Origin: Phallusia mammillata
Lineage: Eukaryota
DNA: 64,000 nt
Assembly: GCA_965637545.1 (NCBI GenBank)
Contig: OZ281500.1
Location: 9,176,001-9,240,000 of the forward strand
Direction: 5' to 3'
The notes beneath the pieces are model-generated. The model was given only the letters and a program-made list of their open reading frames with translations, searched no databases and was not told the DNA's origin. Numbering within the stretch: the first letter of the stretch is position 1; the number at the start of each line of letters is the position of its first letter. This document shows, one piece after another, positions 41,378-51,400 of the stretch. The translations under genes were made by a program, and so were the position numbers.

Positions 41378-43507
41378 CTAGGAGTTTGGCCCAGTAACCA
41401 AAGAGAAGACAGCATTGACAAGGAAAAATACACCACCAACAATGGTGACTGAAATAAATAAAAAGTTGAAAATAAGCATTATTTTACATTAAAAACTCAA
41501 GCCAGAAATGTATGTGAAAAACACACTTGCCACACTAATGGCTTAAACTCAAGGTTTAGTATGTTTCTTACATACTTCCTAAATGCAATAAAAATTGCAA
41601 AATTATTTACTATTGTATAATCGAAACAACCGAAAGGCTTACCAGTGCGAACTGATATTTTTTGGGCGATCATTCTGCCACCAATCACAGCCAGCCCAGT
41701 ACAAAGTGCATGACCAATAACAGCTCCAGCAAAAACTCCTATGGCATTCTGTAATGTAAACAAATCATTGTGGTAAGCATAGGTTATTTCAAATGACCAG
41801 TTTCAACATACTTCACTGGCAGCCAAAACTATGGTGGTAATCTGTGAGCGATCTCCCCATTCAGCAACAAAAGTTAAAGTAAAAGATTGTACTAAAATAG
41901 GGGAGAGGATCCCGAATATTTTCCGAACTTGTCCACCACGAATAATTCCTGTCTCCAAATCTTGTGTGATTTCACTGCTCCTTTCCATCTAAAAGCCATC
42001 AGTTAATTTTTTGTTTGTTTGAGTGTATGGAAATCAAGTTCTAACAGTGTTTCTTACTCGCAAAAACTTTTCCAGGACTTATTTGAGCCTGCAAACCAAG
42101 ATAAAAAAGCAAAAATATTTCTCTTTCCTGGCTGTAGCAATCCCCAGCAGTAGTTAAAATGCTGTATATTCATAGCTTTGGGCACATTTTATTTCATTGT
42201 TGTTTACCTCCTCATCTTTTTTCTTCAACTCTGCTTGGACTTCTTCAATTTCTTCCTGAGCCCCCTGGGGGTCCATGGAAATACCCTCATGTAGCATTTT
42301 GAACCCAAATACAACAAAGAGAACGACAGAGGCATAGAAAGTTAACCACTGAGGAATAATGGTTGTGGCATATCCAAGGACAACTGCAGATACAGTTTCA
42401 ACAAAACATTTAGTTTTTTGCAAGCTGATAAATACCAAAAAATATTTCACCAGGTGTATCATATTGGTTACTTTAATTAAACCAAAGACTGCAACCTCAA
42501 ACGTTTCCTTAAGTAAAGTCAGTTGGCCTATGAAAATTTAACAGGTAAAGGGATTACTTGGGGTGATATCTACACAACTGAACAAGTAAAATGTAAGTTA
42601 TTCTGAAGTAGTATCTGTAAAAAATACAAAATTGCACTATGGTAATCACCCTGAAACTTTCTTCTTTGCACATTATCATAACAGAGGGCTGTTTTACACG
42701 GATAATATGAGTAACAATTGGAAAATGACACATACCATGAGGTAATTGTTTACAGATATTTACATAATGTTGATGGCTGTACACAAACAACTAAACGGAA
42801 TTGTGTATTGAAAAGTAAAAAAGAGAGCTTAACCAAAGCACATACTGTTATTTTACAAGTATTAGATAGCAAATGGTAATTTATGTTCTTACCTGATAAA
42901 AATGTCATTAATCCAAGGGCACTTATGGCTCCAATAAAAACTGTAGAACGAGGGTGCTTCATAGCGAAAATTGCAGCAATGAAAAAAGTTTTGTCTCCAA
43001 TTTCTGAGACGATTATAACTACAATTGCCTTTACAAATGCATGAACAACTCGCACATCAAACAAACTGGTTGAAACTGAAATAAATAATGTAATCAGCAT
43101 TGTAATTTTACAGAAATCAAAAGTAAAATAAAACATGTTTGTCAGATGTGAAACTTACCACCTTGTTTCTCTTCAGCTTTCTCCTCACTTTTAGCAAGTG
43201 GAGCTTTTTCATTTTCATCAATTGCAAGTGTATGCCTCATTGTAGCATCATGCTGTAATAAACAAAATGGTAATAACAAATAGTACAAGTAATGTTTGAT
43301 TTTTTCAAACTGTGCATTAACGGTGATTATGTCTGTTCTTGCAAAAAATTGTCAAACAATACCAAAATGTATATATTGTTAATGTCCTTGTATAATATGA
43401 TAACTTGTTGAATAATGTAAACTTACCGAGGAATTTGCTTGGGTAAGTGCAGTGGAAAGAATACAAATCCCAATAAACAAAGAAAGCTTAAAACAATTGA
43501 GATGCAT
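41378..43507 (-). CDS. TMEM165: Transmembrane protein 165 (GDT1/UPF0016 Golgi Ca2+/Mn2+ transporter), 295 aa
   Basis: 7 exons: 43427-43507, 43159-43252, 42893-43075, 42208-42383, 41812-41988, 41643-41748, 41378-41448. N-terminal signal peptide, both UPF0016 signature motifs (SEIGDKTFF and AEWGDRSQ), acidic loop EEIEEVQAELKKKDEE, and C-terminal GHALCTGLAVIGGRMIAQKISVRTV. Confidence 0.95.
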
Positions 43508-44575
43508 GGTTGGATTTTGAAGGCACTTTCACCAAAAAGTGACCAAGACAACTGATTAATACAGGCAGTGCAGATGTAATTTACTTCTTAACTTATTTAC
43601 AATGGCATGACAACATTTTGTAATTACTGTCAACACAATTAAAAACCTGTAAAAATAATGTCAATTTGTAGCACATTTAACAGTGAAAAAGTAGTTGACA
43701 ATGTTGCATTGACCTGTACAACTGTGAACATTTTATTACAGTATAATTACATGCAGGAACAATATGTTTTTGCATTTCAAGTGCACAGAGTGCTTTTTAC
43801 TTAAAATTTTTGATTAAAGCAAAGCAGAAATCACTGACCCAAAAATTTAAACACTGCATTCAGCCATTCACACTGTGGGTTTAAAACTCTCATTTTTAAC
43901 AACTCTTACTCAGTATCTAAGTATTTTTTATTATTGTATTAAACTTTTGTTGTATGCTTTTAAATAAAAGCCAGACTGACATGGAAAAAAGTTCGACCCG
44001 ATTCAACAGCTGTGTCAGATACATTGACCCTCACTGAAAAGTGAAAACGTTTTAACATACTTATTACGTATTGAATTAAGTACGAAAAATTCAATCGCAA
44101 ACAGTAAATAAACATGCTAAGCTTAATCAAAGCCGGAATACGTTTCACTCCAAACTTGATAAACTGCTACCGTTCCGCTGTGTTTTAATAAATCAATGAC
44201 GTATATCCCATTGAAATCATATCTCAAATGTCACTGAACTGTAACTTCTGTTTTCCAAAAAAAATGTTTATTGGTCGAAATTTCAAGACCAAATATTACA
44301 AATTTGCTTCGCAGAAAGTTCCTAGTTTATAGATTACATCCAGAAGCTTAGTAACATTTGCAGGGTCATTTCAAATAAACGACATTAATGTAATGGTTGA
44401 AACTGTCCAATATTTTTTGTCAAGGCACATGATTTCAGCCACCGAAAAGGCTTTGAAAAACTTATTGGGGCGAGGCCACAACGCATTATTGGTACATACA
44501 GTCTGCCCAATTAAAAATGAAAAGGGGGAAATACTTACTCTGTCATCCATACTCTATAGTAGGGTTGCCATAAAC

Positions 44576-45083
44576 CAGGGGTGGGGAACCGGCGGCCTAA
44601 AGTAAGTGAGGCCTTCGATATCAAAACCTCTTTAAAAACCTAGACATGGCACGCTGCATCAGACGAAAAGAAATATGCGGAAATGCTATTTCATGCACCT
44701 TTATTTTCTTTCTTAGATTACTATAAGAACCTCTGGCTCAATAGTCTTTTTTATGTGGCAATTAACCAATTGTTTGCGCATAATGCAATATTTTAGATTT
44801 GTCTGTGATGTAACAAACTTCTCTTAGAATATAGATCATTAGTATGAGAAAAAAGAAAAAAACAAATCTGTAGGTAAAATAAATCCTGAATGAGGTAGTG
44901 GGAAATTTATTTAGGTTTAACATTGCATGCACCTTTGACCGTGCTGTTCGGAAAGATCACGAAGCGAACAGTACGTAAATCAAATGTTTGGAAACCAAAA
45001 TCTGAGAAACAGTCGCTGCGGCCTACACGAGTTTCGTCAAAACGTTGGGCGGCCTTTACGGATCAAAAGGTTCCCCACCCCTG
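44576..45083. mobile_element. Non-autonomous hAT (Buster/Charlie-type) DNA transposon, 508 bp
   Basis: Perfect 15-bp terminal inverted repeats CAGGGGTGGGGAACC / GGTTCCCCACCCCTG; exact 8-bp TSD CCATAAAC at 44568-44575 and 45084-45091. Confidence 0.9.
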
Positions 45084-45490
45084 CCATAAACCAAACAGTC
45101 ATATTTATGACAAAACAGCGTAACTGTCACAGAGACATTTCTTAAAAAGTTATAAAACAGAAAGTTTTACAGGATCCCGTCCTTTTTTGCCCCTAAATTC
45201 GAGGGTAGCCTACCAAGACTAATCATTGGGCCCAAAACTTGGTAATGGTTAAGCAAAAGAGTTTAACTGTCGTTACATATTTCTGTTACGTTCTAACCGA
45301 CCCGACACCATGCAGTGTTTTGTATTTACATCAACGGCAGTGAGCAAAATAACATCATTTACAACAAAAACGTGATTCGAGTTTACAACCGGCAAAACAG
45401 GTACTCCACAAGCTTTGTACACATCCACCCGTCAACAAACACTTCTAACGTTTAGCAGCGTGCCATTTCAAGGCAATATTTTCAGGTCCA

Positions 45491-48400
45491 TTAAGGTTGA
45501 TTGGATGATGAATTTGCACCTTGCCGACGTGCCCGCGATGCTCCTAAAAGAAAAGTATAAAGGAGTGTTACATACGAAGTATTGGCGTTTGGCTTCCGAT
45601 CAGGAAAACGTGATTTCTCAAAATCTCTTCAACTTGAAACCAAAGTTAGCGAATGCGAAACGTTTACCCACCAACTCGTATTCTCAGTCTTCCCCTTTTG
45701 GCGTTTCGAATGCTGCTTCCTTCCACCACGGTTTGTACATTTGTGTCAGGTCTGTCAACGACAAAGTTCAAATATAACAACATTATATTTGCATGGTGAA
45801 CAGCTTTTTATAGAAAACAGTAAAACTTACTCTGTCTCATCAGGATCCAAATTTCCTTCATCAGCTTGAACGTTGCTACTGCTACTTACTGCCCCACTCT
45901 AAACGTTAATGGAAAATGTTACAAAATACGCAAACGCATGCAGGGTAACAAGGCAAAGGTTTTGTTCGCGTTAGATTTGCAAAGTATATTGTGAAAAGGG
46001 TTTACCCCAGAAGTTGTTGGTAAGTCAGAGGTTTCTATGGAGGCCAGGGTGGAAGTTGTGGAGAAGATTGTAGTGGAAGATGGTAACGGAGTTGTAGGGA
46101 CACTCCTGATGTTGTCGTCACCAGCATCCGCCAAATCCATCACTGTGTTATCGACTGAATCCAAACCTGTCAAGCAATAGGAAAATTGTTAACTTTGGGA
46201 TTGGTAAGATTGAATAGGATCTTCAAAATTAAATTGCCATGTACATACACGTGTGAACAATAGTAATTAAATAAACTTTGCCACTAATTAAACCACATAA
46301 CTTAAACACAAAACAATATCGAAAACGCTACGCAAATATGTCTAATGTCCGACTTCACACATAGGCTAATTACACCAATTCTTTAACTGTACATAACATT
46401 ACTTTACTAATGCTGATTGTTTCCACCTTTGTTTGACAAAAACTTGTATCGTTTAAAAACTTCACGCAAATATTGCTTGACCTACTTCCAGGCACAGCAC
46501 CGAAGTTTTGGGCTGCGGACGAGACGTTTTCGAATTGAAATTGAGTGACAGGAGCGACACGTGGTGAACTAATGGAAGGATAAACGTCTTCATTGCGTGT
46601 ACTGAACAGGGTTGGGGTGCACGGTACGATTCCATCACCTTCTTCAGTCGACTGGTGATCAAAATAATTCGTGTTAAAACTTCTTGAAGACTTGTACTTT
46701 AGATACAGGGTTTAATGCATGTGACAGTAGAGGCCAATATTTTCCAGCAGATTGATTCGATATGGCGCAATGTAGTCTGTCGCGTGTGTTTTTTACTCAC
46801 TGTGTTTAATTACAACAGCATTTATTTCTTAATTTCCATATTTCAACAAGTAAAAATAATTGCGTTTTATAATTGCGTATAAAAATAAATAATTGCGTAC
46901 TAGTCACAGAGTCAAATGTTATTTTTACAGCAATTTAACGAAAGTCACACGTAGAACAGTTTTACTGATTATTGAAATTTTGCGAATAATTTGGCAGCAC
47001 TTGCCTCGGTTTTTTTTTAATGCATGAATTTAAGCGTTAAAAAAGTCTACTGACTGGTTGCACGAATCCTGGTGTAAGTGGAGCTGGTCGACTGGGCAAA
47101 CGCGGTCTCGGCAGTGAATCGCTTGGATGAATTACAAGGAATGGCGGTAAGTGGGATGAAGGCAATCTAGATGGAGTGTGAACGGGAATACGTTGAACTT
47201 CGGATATGTTAGATGACCCAATCGCATCATCTGAAACAAAAGTCACATTAAAATAATAAACGTACCTTGGTGCTTTCGTTTACGAAGACAAGAGTTGCAA
47301 ATAAATGATGAAGACGTAAAAGCTACAGTTTCTATTATTTTAAACTTTAAAATCTATTTGACATCATAACGAGTGCAAATCGTATTGATTTCTTTGAATG
47401 TTTCATTACTTTGAAAAACTCATCACTGACTACCAAAATTGCCCCACTACTCCATCGGTGAGCTTTCATTCACGCCTACACCCACCCTCAGCATCATCTG
47501 GTAATTCTTCTCCTTCCATTCCTTGATCTTCGTCATCTTCTTCATCATCGTCATCACCTTCACCATCAATGTCTTCAGCAATTTCAGCCTTGAAAATTCA
47601 ACAACGGTTTATATCGAGCTTGAGGCACGAATCTGACGTCTTCAACCCACCTCGTCATCAGACTCCGAACCGCTGGACAAAACGATGACCTCATCCTGTC
47701 CAGTCATGGATGACGACGCTACGTCATCTTGAGTATCCATCTGTATGTCGCTGCTGTAAGAGCTTGGAATTTGTGAAGCGCTTGCCTCTGCTGTTTGTAT
47801 TCCACTGTCGGCGTCGACAACATCAGCTAATATGCCTTCTGATAAAAACAGTAACACCGATCACACATAGGTTAGGTTCGAGTTTAACCACGATGATTCA
47901 AACCTTGATCTTCTTGCACAGGTTCGACTTCGCTGGTCGCTTGTTGCGCGTCGTCAACATCGATCTGCTGTGATTGGTCGGGTTGTCTCGCACCACTGCT
48001 TACACTCTGCAAAATGCAACGGATTATTTGAGCACGTTTATCCTGTGTGGAGACTTACTAAACAACTCAGCCAGTTTACATGCCTTACAAACCTTGTCAG
48101 AAACAAAACCCCTTCACCATATAATACTGAGTTATAATACCTGAGCAACACTGTCTGAATCGCTGATCACAATCACTGACGTATCTTGTGACGTAGTACT
48201 GTAAATGCTCTCAATGTCGTCACCAATCTCGCTTCTGACGTCATGTACCCTTACTGTCTCGCTCGACTGATCTCGAAAGGTCACGTGCTTTGACGTCAGC
48301 TCACTTTTGCACACGATTGGTTTGCGTCGTAACGTTCTGAGCGGACTCGACTAAAAATGTTTGCGACCGATAAAGAAACAAATATTATACGTCTACGTTT

Positions 48401-51400
48401 ATATATCTACTTCCGGAATAGATTCACATCTTTGATATAGCTTTATATAATACTAAATTGTTGTCAGTTTTTTCAGAAAAGCACGGCTGTATGCACCTTT
48501 ATTATTATCGTAACTTTTCATCTTATCAAACCAAACAAGCATTTCTATTAACTGATATACCTCAATGACAACGAAATGAAACCCCATATAGCGTAACGAT
48601 TTCTAGTAAATATGACACACTTAAAGGATACCCAAAAATACCCAACTTCATATTGTGTCTGGGGTAATTTGTGATAGACAACAAAAAGTTGTACATTCGT
48701 ACCTCGGTAACAACCGGTTCATTGTGGACATCGGACGAGGGAGTGGGATTGGAAACACTTTCGCTCGACTGATCGGGACTTCCCCGCTGGCGTTTCGGCT
48801 GAGGTGCAACTGCAACCTGCAAGCAAAAAAATTATTCACATCTGTTGTGTTGATTTTTTTTGCAAAATATTGTTATTCCACGTGTCAAACATACATAGGG
48901 TAAATAAAGTTCAAAAACAACGTTAATGTGGTGTTGGTCGGCGGCTTACGTACATTAACCGATTACACAAATTGTTGTGAATGCATGTGATAAATGCAAA
49001 GATTACAAATCAAAAGACTTAAAAACAGGAAAAACCGTAGGCCTTAATTACGCAGGCTGCAGACTATGGTCGAAATTATTCATTTCTGTGCATTAAGTTT
49101 CGAGATGTCTAAAAACTTACCGGAGGTTCTCTGCTACTTCCGGCTACAGCAACGCTTCTGGGTGCCTCTTCCTCAAGCTGGTCGTAAGCTCGTTTCTGGC
49201 CCTTCAAATAAGTCAGTTAAGATTTTTCAAATTATACAAAATTACCAATTATTTTGTTTGAATTAGCCCATCATGGCTTATGTATTTTGGTGCTAACTCA
49301 TCTTAGAACAGGACACAAGACATACCGAGTTGAAAGGTCTGGATGGGGCAATGGCTGCACTGCTTGACGCACCAGACACAAATCTTGCGGCGCTCGATGA
49401 TGAAGCTTCAGATTCGACATTTGCCGAGGTCACAGCAACAGTGGATGAAGATGCATTTGCCCGTGTAGATGATGCCTGCTTGTATTTCAAAGATTACTTA
49501 TTGCATTTCATCACTTTTATTACCAAAACCGTTTCTTGCCTCATCCTGTACGTTTTGGTCGTCGGATGAAGAAACAATAGCTTGGTCATTTTCCGCAGCA
49601 TCAGTGCTTGGTGATGCTTCCGAACTACGAACAATCGCCTCTTGTGGCTGCTGGCTTTGTGCCTGTACGGGCTGAGTTGGAGTGCCTGAACTCACAACGT
49701 GCTGTTGTTGTCGCGCTGGGCTCATGGGATGAACGAATGCCGTCGCGGCGTAGGAAAGTGAAGACGCCGATGATATGGCCACAGCAGCTAAACAAGGTTT
49801 TAAGTTGTTGGATATTGTATGTTGATTTACAGATTGGCCAAAGCTGTGTGTTATATGTTAGCGAGTAGCAAGCAAGATGGAGTAATGCTCTACCATGGCT
49901 ATTAACCACATAAATGCTATCGTAACTTGTGTGTTGTACCTGGAGATTGTGTAGACGATGAGGCAACTTGAGCAACGCTGGACGGTCCTGTACATGAAAA
50001 AAAAATCTTACTTAACATACCAATAATAATGACAGGTTGGCAACAAAACTTTTTTCAAAGATTTAGAAACTTTAGTGTTTAGTATAAAGCTACAGACGAG
50101 ACTGACAAACTGCTTTTAACAAACAAACCAACAAAGCCATACAAGTAAGTTTATTTGTTCTGTTCCAAGAGGTGGAATCTATCACTAAAATGGTGACATG
50201 CTTTAAATTGTACATGTCACTTATTAACTTCACAGAGGACTTTGCGCATTGGGATACCTGGTCGTTCTGTATCTTGCGCTTCTTGTTGTGGTTCTGGCAT
50301 CACACGCGCTGTGTTCTTTCTGATCGGCGTCACTTGATTGACGCGAGTTGCCGACTTTCGAATTGCCGATTGTTTGCGGAGTTCACTGCCAGGCATAGCA
50401 CCAGACCGGCCTTCGAAATGTTGACGTTGCAGTTCGTCCACCTGTCAAGACAAGATCATTCACATCAAAAGTTCTTGAAAACTAGAATAGTGGTTTTCCT
50501 ATATATTGCCAGTTTATATATACTACACCATATTTATCGATGTATCACATATACCATTTACTATATTTATAATGGATATATATTTGGCACCTACATTTCA
50601 TTGGGTCCCTATCTTTTTCCTGGCACTTTATACCATAATTGTTTCTGCAAGCATAATCTAATGGGTCCCCACACATATGCATATGCGATTTTGTAACAGT
50701 AAAAATAGGGCACACTCATTGTTAAACTGGAATAGTGGTTTTCCTATATATTCCATTTTACAGAAACTGTGCCATATTTATGCACCATTCATTATAATTG
50801 TAAGGGATGTATATTTGATGGATACATTCAGTATGGTACCAATACTTTTGTGGCCTGTTATAACATAATTGTTTTTTGCTAGGTAAGAATTTGAACTGCA
50901 CAGATGACATTTGACGTATTAAAGAAATATTCATAAACTTTTGTTTTGTAACAGTCACAGCCCTTTGTTTGTTCAATTATGATTTTTAATCCGCACATAG
51001 CGTTCCCTGGCGCCGTTAAGTTTCTACATACCAATAATACAATTGCTTAGCTGCAGCTATGGCTTTTCATGTCCAAAACCTGTTCTGAAATAGTTTTATT
51101 AACGTTTTCACTTTGAGAAGTCAGGTTACACAGGTGTAACAAATCGTGCTGCGTTGTTGCTCTGCGTTTCGAAACACGAATAAGTTGACCTACATTAACG
51201 TTTACAGCGCAATATAACTAACATCGTAACATTTTAATTCCAACCAGTGAGAAAATGGTCAAGTGACGACTGCGTTCATGGGTGAAGGCTGGTGAAGCAG
51301 AGGCATTTTTTTCCATGCGTCACTATCGTCAATCACTCCCATTGCGTCCGCTGTGCACTGAGCGACAGGCAAATACGATGATGACGTCATACGCATCGCC

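Noticed and set aside
44559-45212. Older TAGGGTTGCCA-ended element hosting the 508-bp hAT insertion
   Set aside because: The candidate right TIR matches only about 7 of 11 bases and I found no TSD.
43508-45490. TPR-TMEM165 as a trans-spliced operon
   Set aside because: The ~2-kb gap contains a transposon and a CpG-rich promoter-like stretch; ascidian operons typically have very short or no intercistronic spacing.
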